64,000 bases of DNA from Lama glama (lineage: Eukaryota), in the NCBI GenBank assembly GCA_028534125.1, contig CM052816.1, positions 31,560,001-31,624,000 on the forward strand, given 5' to 3'. Below are positions 11,851 to 24,439 of the stretch, piece after piece. Position numbers and translations under genes: made by a program. The notes under the pieces were generated by a model. That model made no database searches and was not told the DNA's origin. It worked only from the letters and a program-made list of their open reading frames with translations. Within the stretch, counting starts at the first letter, position 1; each line of letters starts with the position of its first letter.

Positions 11851-12661
11851 TTCCCAGTTTATTGTTTTAGCATTTGACTTCCTTTTTATGGTGTGTTTTG
11901 TCCTCTGGATGTCTTATATTTTTATGTCTTGTGTTTTATATATTTTTATACGAAGAGTTTTTTAATCCTTTTCGTTTATGGTCTGGTCCATGACATATGC
12001 TAATCTGTTTTCTCTCAGTAAAAAGGAAGATTTCCAATGACAGAAGCCACATGGTGTCATTTTTGTGGATCAGGCGCATTGTGCCCCGTTGGACTCAGAA
12101 GTTGGTTGGACTTGCTCTGGGCTTGTTGGATAATGAGTTTTGGTACTGGGTATCCCAACATAGAGGTCAAACTTTTCTTCCCAACTGGAGTTGGTTTGCA
12201 AGGGTTGGATGCAGTTTGTCTAGCTTCGCCTGTGTAGACAGCTGAGCTTCTCCAGCCTTCTGTTTGTGAGCAGACGAGCAGCTTTGGGGAAGAGGATGGG
12301 CAGTACCCAGGGTGGAGGTGATCTTGTCACTGATTTGTGATTTGTGACTGCTCATAACTTGGAGAGCAATGCTGTGCACACGAGTCAAAACATACCTAAT
12401 CAAAACATAAATATCAGCCTTATCTCATTAGAACCCTCAGCACTGTGATGCTATCTCCCTCCCTGACTTTCTTCCTTCAGAACCAACAAAGCCATGGTCA
12501 GCCTCTATATTCCCTTTCTAAGCATCTGCTTTCATGTGCTTGTGGTTGTAAACAGAAGAAACAAAGCTTGTCTTTGAGTTAACATGATATACATGTGTCT
12601 TTTCATTTTCATTGGCCACATAGTATTCTGTTGGTTGAGTATATTGAAATTTCCTTCACTT

Positions 12662-13150
12662 ACTGGTCTTACCCTGAGTTTCCTCTTAAGTAAGCCTTAG
12701 TCAAGGATTTGGGTGTAAGAAGTTGATTTGGGAAGTGATTCCAGGAAGCACTGGGAGGGAGTGGGGAAGTGAGACAGGAAAGGGAGAAAAACCTTTTGGG
12801 TAGCTTTTGTAACAGGTTACTTCTGTGGGGAACTGGGACTCAGTCTCATTGGGATCCCTCTAAGAAACAATGTGAAATACAATTCAGAATTGTGCCCCCA
12901 AGAGGTGAGAAAGCGGGGATCATTATCAACTCAGTTATCAACACGCCTCATTGGTGGAGACTCACTCTGGGGGTGTTAATTCCCTGGCACTTACGGCTTA
13001 CCCACTGAGTGAGAGCCAGGCATGCTCCCCAGCTAGAGAATGCCCTCAGGCAGAGAGATGCAGGAAGCCAGTGGACCACGTGGGAATTATCTTCACATGA
13101 CCTCCACGGTGTGTCAGGGGGCTGAGGGCAAGGCAGGGATGCATCTTCCA
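12662..13150 (-). mobile_element. ERVL LTR (LTR33-like), 3' LTR of the ERVL remnant
   Basis: tttgggaagtgattccaggaagcactgggagggagtggggaagtgagacagg matches the reverse-complemented LTR33 family as I recall it. Confidence 0.75.
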
Positions 13151-15130
13151 TGGTGCATCCCTCAAGTTGCTCCTCACCATGCCCCACACCAGGTCACTCT
13201 GGCACTGATTCTTCTTTGAGGTGGTTTTTGTCACATCCCTAGTATAAGGACTTAGCAGCCAGAGTGTTGATGGGACACTGCTGCAGTTGTTCCCCAGACT
13301 GTCATGATACTCGTCCTCTCCCCAACAGTTGCTCATTCTGGATTTCCCTTGCCTACATTTCCCCTGTAGACTGCTAGCCCAGTGGTATTACCCAGACCTT
13401 CTTCCCTAATGAGACTCCCTGGTTATCTTGCCTTTGTAAGGCTGTGGAAGCATTAAGAGACACCCCATTGAATCATCCACATTCTCAGACATAGTCTTTC
13501 CTGGCCCCATTCTGTTAGAGCCACCTTACTTCCTTATCATAATCACAGTCAGTTTCCCCTAACTAGTGTATTAGCTCCTTAAGCGGAGCCCCAAATGACC
13601 AGGCGGCAGTGGTAGCTGGCTTCAGTGCAGTTCTTAACTGTGTTCCCTGGCATGTCTATTCCAGCCCCAAAGAATATAACTTCTAATCCCTCCGAACATA
13701 CAGTTTCCGGGACAGGAAGCCCAAATACGCAAGTGGCTCACTGGCAGTGATGGTGAGAGGGGTTTTCTACTTGTACCCCCTAGTTCCCAGAGCAGTATTC
13801 TAACTACGGGGATACTGATCACATAATAATTATTGATTCAGTCGTTTGTACGTCATCTTGAAGGCCTGTGCCCCAGCTTTGTTGGGTGTCATTTCCAAGT
13901 TAGCACCTAAGCTGCATGTTGAAGAGGTCATTTCAGTGGTCTGTCAGGCAGGCAGCCTTCTAGGTGGAGTGGTAAATGATAGGACCAGTGGATCCTCTGG
14001 TCGTGGGTCCATTGTTGCACTGCTGTAAGGTGGGTTCCTTGGTCCAAGAAGTTATATGGGATCCCATGCTGATACTCAGATAATCCATGAACTCTCCAAC
14101 AGTGCTATTGGTATAGGCAGCATCAGCAAAGAAGGCAAGCCTCGTACTTGAAATACACGTCAGTCCCAGTAAGAACGAACTACTGTGCTTTCTAGGGTAG
14201 AAGGAGTCCGGTGAAATAAACTTGCTACTGGATGACCTGGCCTCCTTGGGAAATGTACCAGATTAAGGGCTCAGCTTTGGTTTCTGCTGCTGACATTTAG
14301 CAAAGGTAATGACTAGTTAGTTTTAATAAGAAGGCACCCAGGCTACTGACCCTATGCCTTGCTTCCCTCCCTGCCACCCCGACTAGTCCTTATGGACCTG
14401 GTACTATTGTGCAGGCACTTGGGATGCTCAAGGACAGAGGCTTGCTGTCATCCATGGGGTGAGCCTTTCTGTATAACATCTCATGTTAAATGATCTGGTA
14501 GACATTGACCTGAATCCCAAAGACCTACATTTTGTACCATTCCTCTAGCGCCATCTATGGGCTTCTTCTCCAGACTTCCTCGTGTCTACCGAATATCGTC
14601 CTGTTGCTCCTTCTAGGCCCCTGGCCAACCTACCAAGCCAGTTGCCACTGCCCAGGATATCCTGACTTCTGACCACTTCTCCCTCCACGCAAGTTTAATG
14701 ACCATGTGTGCTGCTTGGAGGATTTTCTGGAATACATTGTACTGAGGTAGCAGTGCATTTTTATGACCCATCCATGCACTAGGCTTGTTATTCTTTTTCC
14801 CCCTTCTCCATTAGCTGGTGTTAGAGAATCTCTCACGGAATCCAAGAACTAAGGGAGGGACAAAAATTTGGGTCTTCTTTTTGTGTTAACTTTGTTGTGT
14901 CTTCCAGACCTGTTTGGGCCCATTCCTAAATGTAGCATTTCTCTTGTACCAGCCACTCATGTTGTGCCTGCCTGACCTTGGAACTTCTTGAATGTGATCA
15001 TACCCAGCTCCTAAGAGTGCCAGCTCAGGTCACCTGGTCTCTTGCTTTTCCAGTCAGCCATTCAGCCTCTAGCAGCATGTTAGAAACCACTTTCCAAATG
15101 GTGGACAGCTATTTGTTTTGTTGCAATTCT
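13150..15130 (-). mobile_element. Degenerate ERVL internal region: RNase H, integrase, dUTPase (dead, many stops and frameshifts)
   Basis: Minus-strand translations FVLTGTDVY (about 14150-14185), HGIPYNFLDQGT (about 14035-14070), NDLFNMQLRC*LGNDTQQSWG (about 13870-13935), LPPGHLG (about 13590-13610) are collinear with ERVL FVLTGIDTY, HGIPHSIASDQGT, NGLLKSQLQCQLGDNTLQGWG, LPPGHFG. Confidence 0.85.
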
Positions 15131-15520
15131 TCCACTAGGCTTTTCCAAAGACTCCATATGATAGAAGTTTATTTGAGAGATGGCTGCAGAAATTACAGTG
15201 AAAGATTGTGGGAACGAGACAGGGAAAGATGGACAACTAGATATTCGTTGTGCTGGGGACCATTCATTGTGCTGAATTGTCCCAGTGAGAGTCAGGATGC
15301 CAAGACATTTATCCACCAACCCTCCTCCTTCATTGGGGCGTTTAATCATCACACTTTGTCTTGTACAAGTAGGGTGACATGCTCCCCTGGCCAGATGGCC
15401 CCCTCTGGGCAGAGATGCCAGTGTAGGAATAAGAACCACCTACAAGTGCCAGCCTGGGTGGGCTGAGGTCATTAGCACAGAGCACCCACAGCCTCTGCTT
15501 TGTATCTCTCTGTTGCTGCC
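15130..15520 (-). mobile_element. Second ERVL LTR (LTR33/LTR41-like)
   Basis: gtttatttgagag...gagacagggaaag...atttatccaccaac motifs of the LTR33 group, same orientation as 12662-13150. Confidence 0.55.
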
Positions 15521-16469
15521 AACTCTTACTGCTGTGAATAAGTGAGTGAATAAAGCACAGTCCCTCCTCAGAGGGGCTCACACTTCCATGGGGAGCTAAA
15601 AAGGGCATAAGTAACATTACAGTAGAAATGTTAACAATCAAAATTTTTGTGGGATTTCCCCACTATAGAGAAAATAAACCAAATTCTCAAAATTCCCAGG
15701 AATACTCGAAATGATGAGATTCCTTCAGGTTAGGACTTGAGAAAGTCAGTGGGTAGGGTTAATTACATAATTTGGAGTTAAGTGCTTCCATATGCATGTA
15801 AAATTCCATAGGAAGGAGCTCTCTCAGACATTTTGTTTGGTCTTTATGGTAATGAATTAGATGTAGTATTTTACCCCAAAGCATCTTCTTGGTGTGTAGG
15901 ATGTGGAGGTACATCAAAGTAAAAATCAAAGGCTGGCCTCTCTGTAGTGAAAACATGAGTTAAAGGTGAACTCTGAAACTAGCAGAAGAGATGGGATGAT
16001 GCCAGGTTTATACATCTCCTCTAAGCTACCGAATCTCTTTATGAATTGTATTGTTTGCTTCTGTTGGGTGGTTTGAAAAACTGGGCAATTTTCTCAGGTG
16101 AAGTTTTTGGTTTGTTCAAGCTAGGGAAAGGTAAGTGAAGTTGAAGGTAATTGTTTCTGGATAGTAGGAACAAGAGAATTAGCAAATACTAGGCCACCAG
16201 TCAATGCCTACCTTCCCTGCCCTGCTCTGTCCAAGCCTTCGTCTCCCTGCCCAGCCTCAAACTGTCAGCCTCTTCATTCAGGGTAACAGGTTGTCAGAGA
16301 AAACATTGTTTTGCCCCATAAAATAATTTGTTGTCAACTTTATTTCCAAGCCTTTATGGTAAAGCTGTTGTAGCTTTAAATGGCAGCCTCACCAGTTCCA
16401 GGGTCTGTGGTGTATTTGGACAGCCTGGACCTCTGGGAGAGGTCACTGGCTACTGCTTGGAATGCCCTT

Positions 16470-16815
16470 TAAACCTCTGTTCAAAAGGCATCTCCTCTGG
16501 AAAGTCATCTGGTCTTTTGGGTAGAATTAAGTTTCTACAAAACTTCGTTATCACCAAAACTGTAGCAGTTATCTGTTTCCAGTTTTTGTTCAGCACTGAC
16601 AGGCACTCAGGGAGTGGTTGCTGTAAGGCACCATCTGCTCGTGTCTTCACAGGCTACATCTTCAATTCTTACATTGACGTAGTTGATAGCTCTTCTCTAT
16701 CTGTTCAACTCCAAACTCTTTGAGGTCAAAATTTGTCTTCCATTGTTCTTGTCATTTTGAGTTCTGTGCTTATGGTATCATATGATAACTTTTGAGTGAA
16801 ATTAACGAATGCCGT
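16470..16815 (+). mobile_element. Highly diverged L2 3' fragment
   Basis: Reverse complement contains gacctcaaagagtttggagt and ccagaggagatgccttttgaacagag, L2-like. Confidence 0.45.
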
Positions 16816-16944
16816 GGACCAATCAGCTTGATCCTGCAAGTTCATTCGTATGAGAAAAATCACTTAGTCTTGCCACAGAATGTAGATGGCAACTAATGGT
16901 TGACTGTTCAGCCAGCCCTGATTTAATTACCAAGTGCCATTTTA

Positions 16945-17095
16945 AATTCTTTTTATTGTGGTATTTACAGAACATTTACCTTTTAAATGATTTGTAAGTG
17001 AGGTCATTGGCAATAAGCACAGTCCCATTGTTGTACCACCATCACCGCCATTCATCTCCAGAACATTGTCCTCTCTGCCAAATGAAACTGCTTAG
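16945..17095 (-). mobile_element. Old L1 (L1MB-like) 3' end
   Basis: ttttattgtggta...ccatcaccgccattcatctccagaac. Confidence 0.65.
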
Positions 17096-17399
17096 CTATT
17101 TGCATTTAAAAAATATTTATCAAAGTAACACATGCACATAATTTAAAAATACAGTACAAGTCTTACAAAGAAGACGATCAGGTCCCTTTCCTTCTCTATT
17201 TCCTTGACACATCTGAGAGGCAATTAGTTTCTACTCTTTTAATGGTTTCTTTTGATGTTTACCTACATATTTACAAACATTGAGTTTTTACTGCTATTGA
17301 AAATGTATCAATTTCACATTATCTGTATGATTGTGACAAAATTTTGATGAAGTGAATAGTTAGTGTTTACACCATCTGAGTCCATAGAGATATGTAAAC

Positions 17400-18010
17400 C
17401 TGGTTGCTGATATTCAGGATGCAGGTGAAGGAAGGGGACTGAATTCACTCTGAAGTCTTTTTTTTTTTTTTTTTGCCTAGTGCCATATCAGGTTCTTTTT
17501 TTTTCACTTAGAATCCCAGAATTTTGAGCCTCGCAGGCTTGATTTCTCCAGAGAATACACCCCAGTTTCCAGTGTGGGTGGGGTGGGGAGCCCGGTGATG
17601 GGTGAGGATTGTACTCGCCTGGCTGTGTGGGAATAGAGTCGGGTAGGTGGGAAACTGGCTTCTAACTGCTCTGTCTCTAGACTTGCAACCCCTTGCTTTA
17701 CCTGCTTTTGATTCCAGGTGCTTCTTGACACACAGTTCACAGCGTTTCTGCAGACTGAATTCCTGTGCTTCTCAGTGACATTTATCTCTGTGTGCAGTTA
17801 GGTGGAAATACCATTGCTCTGTAACGTCCACCAGTCCTCAGCCTTCCACAAATGTGCCAGAATGCATTGTCTCCTGTTGCCTCCTCTCTCATTCTCTTTG
17901 TCCTTGTGGGTAATATCTTTTTAATTTTGTCATTGTCATTTTGGCTGAAGGTTAGGAGGGAAAGGAAATGAATATCTGTAGTCAGTCTATCATGATTAAC
18001 CTGAAATTCA
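17400..18010 (-). mobile_element. Ancient L1/HAL1 5'-end-like fragment
   Basis: Ends gtcagtctatcatgattaacctgaaattc, a degenerate version of the old L1 5' start. Confidence 0.45.
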
Positions 18011-18344
18011 CATGCATTTTAAATAGAGAAAAGACTCCAACATTTAAAATTTACTTAAAACCCATTAGACCCATTTCTGACAAGTGACAGCAGAGGGCAG
18101 TGAGGTAGACTGGTCAACCTTTCTTTCTTATTCTCATCTTTTCTCAGCAGGTGGAGAAGATTAGGGAACAAAATCAAAGCTTGAAAAAGTCATTTTTTTG
18201 TTGTTGTTCTGCAACATGCTTTTTTTATTGACTCTTTATCTCTGACAGTTTTCTCAATAATGCATTTCTCATTTTTCTTACTGACTGCATGATATTCCAT
18301 TGTATCTATATACTATTTTTCTTTTCTTCTTTTTGATTTTGACA

Positions 18345-19630
18345 CTTTTCTTTCTTTTTTTTTAATTGAAGTATAGTTGGTTTACAATGTTGTGTCAATT
18401 TCTGGTGTACAGCATAATGTTTCAGTCATACATATACATACATATATTCCTTTTCATTATAGCTTACTATGAGATATTGAATATAGTTCCCTGTGCTATA
18501 CAGTAGAAACATGTTGTTTATTTATTTTATATTTAGTACTTAGTATCTGAAAATCTCAAACTCCCAATTTATCCCTTCCCAATCCCTTTTCCCTCCTGGT
18601 AACCATAAATTTGTTTACTGTATCTGTGAGTCTGTTTTTGTTTTGTAAATAAGTCCATTGCCTATTGATCATTCTTGTCTTCATTGGAGAAATGCTTGTT
18701 TAGATCTTCTGCCCATTTTTGGATGGGTTGTTTTTTTCTTATTAAGTATGAACTGTTTATATATTCTGGAGATTAAGCCCTTGCCAGCCTTATCTTTTGC
18801 AAATATTTTCTCTCATTCGTAAGTTGTCTTTTTGTTTTGCTTATGGTTTCCTTTGCTGTATACAAGCTTACAAGTTTACTTAGGTCCCATTTGTTTATTT
18901 TTGCTTGTATTGCTTGGGTAGACTGCCCTAGGAGAACGTTGCTGAGATTTATGTTGGGTAATGTTTTGCCTGTTTTCTTCTAAGAGGTTTATAGTGTTTT
19001 GTCTTATGTTTAAGTCTTTACGCCATTTTGAGTTTATTTTTGTATATGGTGTGAGGGAGTGTTCTAACTTTATTGATTTACATGCAGCTGCCCAGTTTTC
19101 CCAACACCATTTGCTGAAGAGACTGTCTTTACTCCATTGCATGTTCTTGCTTTCTTTGTCAAAGATTAGTTGACCAAAAGTCTGTGGGTTTATTTCTGGG
19201 CTCTCTATTTGCATGTATCTTTTTGGATTAGAGTTTCCTCCAGATACATGGCCAGGAATGGGGTTGCTGGATCAGATGGTAAGCCTATTTTTAGTTTTTT
19301 GAGGAATCTCCATACTGTTTTCCATAATGGCTGCACCAAACTACTTTCCCACCAGCAGTGTAGGAGGGTTCCCCTTTCTCCACAGCCTCTCCAGCATTTG
19401 TCATTTGTGGATTTTTGAATGATGGCCATGGCCACTCTTGACTGGTATGAGGTGATACCTCACTGTAGTTTTGATTTGCATTTTTCTGATAATTAATGAT
19501 ATCGAGCATTTTTTCATGTGCTTGTTGGCCATTTGTATGTCTTCATTGGAGAATTGCTTGTTTAGGTCTTCTGCCCATTTTTGGATTGGGTTGTTTGGTT
19601 TTTTGTAATTAGTTGTATGAGATGTATTTT
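18345..19630 (-). mobile_element. Rearranged L1: 3'UTR plus two out-of-order ORF2 C-terminal segments
   Basis: ORF2 peptides [22 protein letters not shown] and [17 protein letters not shown] (cysteine-rich domain). Confidence 0.92.
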
Positions 19631-19654
19631 TTAGATTTTTTTTTGGTGGTACCA

Positions 19655-20190
19655 TTTTTCTAGCTCTATTGAGATGGAATTCACATATTTACAATTCATT
19701 CACTTAAAGTGGACAGTTCAGTGGCTTTTGGTATGTTTAGAGTTGAGAATTCATCATCACAGTTAACTTTAGAACATTTTTATGATACCCGAAAGAAACC
19801 CCATACCCCTTAGCCATCAGCTCCCAGCCCCATCATGCTCCCCAAGCCCCTGAGAACCACTAGTCCCCTTTCTGTTTCTGTAGCTCTGACTGTTCTGGAT
19901 ATTGCCTATAAATGAAATCATATAATATATGACCGTCCTTCAATTAGCATAACCTTTTTAAGGTTCATGCTATGTTGTAGCATGTATCAAATATACTATT
20001 TTTTAATTGATCAGGCTCCTATTAGTAGATATTTAAGTTGCTTCTGTTTGTTTGCTATTATGCATGACCCTGTGATTGAAATATTTGTACGTATATTTTT
20101 GCATACTTACGGGAATGTTTCTATGGGATAAATTCTTAGAAGGAAGAGTCTGGCTCAAATAATAGGTGGCTTTAATTTTGGTAATGTAAG
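19655..20190 (-). mobile_element. Older L1 (L1MB-like) 3' region
   Basis: attgagatggaattcacata...ttaaagtggacagttcagtggcttttgg...aaccactagtcccctttctgtttct. Confidence 0.7.
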
Positions 20191-21150
20191 AAAGTCATTT
20201 TTGGGAGGGCTCGTTGAGATATTAAGGATGTTGCAAAGGCCTGGAAGAAGACAACCTTGAAACCAAATTGGCATGATATGTTTTTAATCTGTTTACTATA
20301 TTTATAAATTTGTAATTTTACATGCATTTAGCAAGGATATTATTATTTTTTAGAGAATCTTTCCATCTGACGGTCAGTGAGACAGTTAACATTAGGGTTT
20401 AGTTTGAACTCTAGGAATTTATTGGCACTCCTTCAAGGAGTGGGGTTCACAAATTCAAGTTCCTGGGAAGAACCATGAGCTACTTTCTTGTGGGCTTTGC
20501 TCACTAGCCCCACTGCTGTGGGCTCATGTGTTCTTGATGCCCTCTCGGGGACACTGGGAAGCCTCCAGGCCCTTTCTCTGGGATGTTGTCTTTGTCCCTT
20601 CTGTCTGATGCTCTTTCTTAAATGCAGCTTCTTTTTAAATGGAAGAAAATTTTCTGTCAATGAATGTCACAAAAACTATTCACTCTCTCATAGTGTTCCT
20701 TTAGGGAGACACAGATGTCGACAGCAGCTTGCGAGTGAGAACTTAACCTTGCTCTTAGCCTTACCATGGTTGCCTGGCAGATCGGGCCTTGGAAAATCCA
20801 AGGACACGAATATTTGGCAGAGGGCAGCTGTCTGGTTCAGCTCCTGCCATTCTTTTTGTGTCTGTGCTTCTGGATTCTTGCTCCTGTGTCTTGCCAGTAG
20901 GTGGCAAGCTAGGCCTGGGAAAAGGAGCAAGAACCTGAGGGCTTGTGCAGTTGGTTTGATCTTGCAGGGCAGTTCTCCCCAGACATGCAGGGCTGTGGTG
21001 AATTCTCTGAAGGTAACAAAAGGATTCCTGGCAGATGTCTTCTCAGGTGGACAGAGGGTTATCTTAATATTACTTTTTTTTTTAAATAACTAGTGTGTTT
21101 GTGCCTATGTCCCCCCCACCACACACACTCATAAGTCTTTAATAGGACAA

Positions 21151-21365
21151 CTTTTTATTTGAGTTATAGTCAGTTTACAATGTTGTGTCAATTTCCAGTT
21201 TAGAGCACAATTTTTCAGCTATACATGAACATACATATATTCATTATCGCATTCTTTTTTGCTGTGAGCTACCACAAGCTCTTGTATATATTTCCCTGTG
21301 CTATGCAGTATAATCTTGTTTATCTATTCTACCTGTGCCTGTCGGTATCTACAAATTTTGAACTT
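21151..21365 (-). mobile_element. Short 5'-truncated L1
   Basis: tttgagttatagtcagtttacaatgttgtgtcaatttccag...ttccctgtgctatgcagtataatcttg. Confidence 0.85.
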
Positions 21366-21759
21366 TCTTAACTCCCACATGCTGATTATTTTTGGCGTCA
21401 TGGGATGGCTGACTGACAAAACTACTTTGGAAAGGTTGGTTAAACTCAGATTAGAGGTGAGGATTTGGCATAAACCAGACCAAAAAATAGAAGCTAAAGT
21501 CAGAAGCAAAGAGATCAGGGTCAGTTCACCAAGTCCAAGCCAGGATTCCTTGGGTGAAGACAAGCTAGCCACGTGGGGAAGAGGAGGCAGAGGGAGGTAT
21601 GAAGTGTGGACTCCCGAGCTGGCATGACTAGGCAGGAAAGGTGTGTCCGGGGGTGTCCCTGGCACCAGCCCCTGTAATCCTGTTAACTTGGGACCTGCCA
21701 GTCTTTGCCAGGGCCTGTCAGTCCTGTTAACTCTGGGTCTTGGCACAGGTGTGAGTAGT

Positions 21760-21960
21760 GAGAGGGTAAGAACTTAGGGTTTGGAGACAAAGAGACATGG
21801 ATTCAAATTCCAGCTCTGGCTGCTCCCAGGACTGTGTCATGTCATATACTTTCCTTCCTGAAGTGGTGAGAATACTTAGCTCAAAGATTGTTGTCAAAAA
21901 GTTCACTGAAAGGGCTTATAACTGTTGCTGGAATGGAATAGGTACTTTATGAATGCCTGT
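21760..21960 (+). mobile_element. MIR SINE (diverged)
   Basis: ttggagac...catggattcaaattccagctctg head region. Confidence 0.55.
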
Positions 21961-23591
21961 ATGATTATTCATTGATTACAGCATCATGCGAAGGAAAAAT
22001 AAAAAGAGTTGCAACTCATAAATACAATCTTTTGGTCACAGGGGGAAGTAAATATAAGAAAACTGCACTCAGAGCATATGTCCTACCCTGGGGGAGGGGT
22101 GTGTCCCCTCTTCCCATCTTCCTAAAGAGTGCAGTGTATCTTTCTTTGTGATGGCTGAGAAAATTCTGAGTACCTTGAAGGTGGCAAGAAAAATACTGTT
22201 TAGCTTGTAGGGAGGTATATCCTTACTGTTAATTTCTGTCTTTTTATTCAGATGGTAAAATACAATATTTTCTAGTCCAGACATGTTTAGCTTCATTTAG
22301 GAAGATAATACAGGCGTATGTTCAGAGCATTCCCAGAAATATTTTAAATAAAATAAGGAAGCCACATAGCAGAGGGCAGACACAAGGAAAGGGACATGAC
22401 TCACCTCCTCTTTCTTGGTTTCCCACCCAATTCTCCACTTCTGGGGTGAACATCACCCCTCAGACCCACAAACCAGCCTTGGCTGTGGAAAGGCTTGGAT
22501 ATCTCAGGAGATGGAATTTCTTTTGTGTGTAAGTGTGTTGAGTGTCACAGCCAGTTCTTAAACCATTGACTCGGGATGCTGACATTCTGGTTTTTAACTC
22601 TTACACCTCAAATTTTATTGTGTCCCAGCTTATGAGTGCTCCTCAGTTAAGAGCTGATAATGATGGTCAGCCTGTTAGTCTGTGTATTTCGGGGGAGACT
22701 GTGGTCTTCTCCTTTTCCAAGTCCTGTGTTGGAGCTCTGCTGGTTACACCTGGTAGGCACGGAAGAGGTGGAGATGAAGCCTTCCTCCCCCATCATAGCC
22801 AACAGGCACACTCTGCTCCACAGCCACAGGGTCCTCCAGAATCCAGACAACAAAGGTGTGTGGGTTGAGGGAGGCAGAAGGATAAAGGCCCAGGAGGAGA
22901 GCTCAGGGCTTGCTGAAAAGTAACTGTTAGAACCACCATCCCATTCAGGACATATCTTGGTGTGTTATCTATTAAAACAGAGGTCAGCACCTTCACTTCA
23001 AATGCATATTTTTACATTTCCTGCTCACTGTTAAAATGTGATTTTATGGAACCAGTTCTGTGAAAATAGCACTTCACATCTATTTATGGTTTGAAAAGAA
23101 GGCAATTGCTGATTTGATATAAGAGGAGCTTGGAGAGGATTTGTGAGAGTGGCATTTCCTTTGTGCTTTGGATCAAAAACTCAACAGCAAGTTCCTGATA
23201 GACTAGAACATTTTTAAGTAACTGCCTGCCTAGCTTTGGTGTCCACTCCCCTGGAGCCATGGAAGAACTTGATCTGAAATGGTAGTTCCTAAATTTTCTA
23301 TCACTGAACACCCTTTTCATTACAGGTTTTTACCACTGGCACTTCAACGGTAAGCTGTATTTTTGAAACCATTTCTCATTTCCTTTTCCATTAAAGCGTT
23401 AGATATACTTATCTACTCTGCTGGTTACAGTTTGGCATCTTTATGGCTGTGTAGTTTGTAAGATGTCTATTATGACTTTGGTTATACCAAAAGATTGCTC
23501 TCATTCATCTCTAGTGGGTTCAGGAACCCCAGTTTGGGAACCACAATGTTCAATAGCTTCTGTATTCTCTCTTTTGTCTCTTTCTATAATG

Positions 23592-24060
23592 ATTTTTTTT
23601 AAAAAAATTGAAGTATAGTTGGTTTATACTGTTGTGTCAATTTCTGGTGTATAGCATAATGTTCCAGTCATACATACACATACATATATTCCTTTTCATA
23701 TTCTTTTTCACTATAAGTTACTACAAGATATTGAATATGGTTCCCTGTGCTATACAGAAGTAACTTGTTGTTTATCTATTTTGTATATAGTAGTTTGTAT
23801 CTGCAAATCTCAAACTCCTAATTTATCCCTTCCTACTCCATTTCTCCCCTGGTAACCATAAATTTGTTTTCTATATCTTTGAGTCTGTTTCTGTTTTATA
23901 AATAAGTTTGTGTCATTTTTTTAAGATTCCACGTATAAATGATATCATATGATACTCATCTTTCCCTGATTGGCTTACTTCACTTAGTATGACGATCTCC
24001 AGGTCCATCCATGTTGCCACAAATGGCATTTTTATTCTTCTTTATGGCTTAGTGGTATTC

Positions 24061-24095
<35 letters not shown>

Positions 24096-24174
24096 TTTGT
24101 TTGTGTATACCACAACTCCTTTATCCACCCCTGGCATATATCCAGAGGAAACTCTAATTCGAAAAGATAACATG
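23592..24174 (-). mobile_element. 5'-truncated L1 with short 5' inversion and internal microsatellite
   Basis: L1 3'UTR on minus to 24126, then L1-sense ctggcatatatccagaggaaactctaattcgaaaagata on plus. Confidence 0.85.
24064..24106. repeat. (TG)14 then (TTTG)n microsatellite inside L1
   Basis: Direct reading. Confidence 0.95.
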
Positions 24175-24439
24175 ATCCTGTATTTTCTTAATTTTGCCTT
24201 CCTTCCTTCTTTCATTGCAAATAACCTGCACTATCTATCAATGAGTACCCTAGTTACTAAGACTATACTTTGGATGTATGAACATAGAATAAGATATTTA
24301 AAACTGAAATTGTCTTGGAAATTGTAAGATACATGATGTTGTCAACCAGTCTCAGGATTTTCATGACAGTATCAAGATCTACAGAATCTGAACTGTAAGT
24401 CTCAAAATCAATTTATTAATAAAGATAACAGTAATTATT

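Noticed and set aside
16328..16920. Possible processed pseudogene or DNA transposon
   Set aside because: No recognisable protein, no matching terminal inverted repeats; better explained as a decayed L2
18148..18190. Acceptor plus coiled-coil-like peptide QVEKIREQNQSLKK
   Set aside because: No credible donor (AAA|GTCATT is weak), and too short to support
18876..19655. ORFs with clear protein-like content
   Set aside because: Frameshifted L1 ORF2 C-terminal fragments, not a host gene
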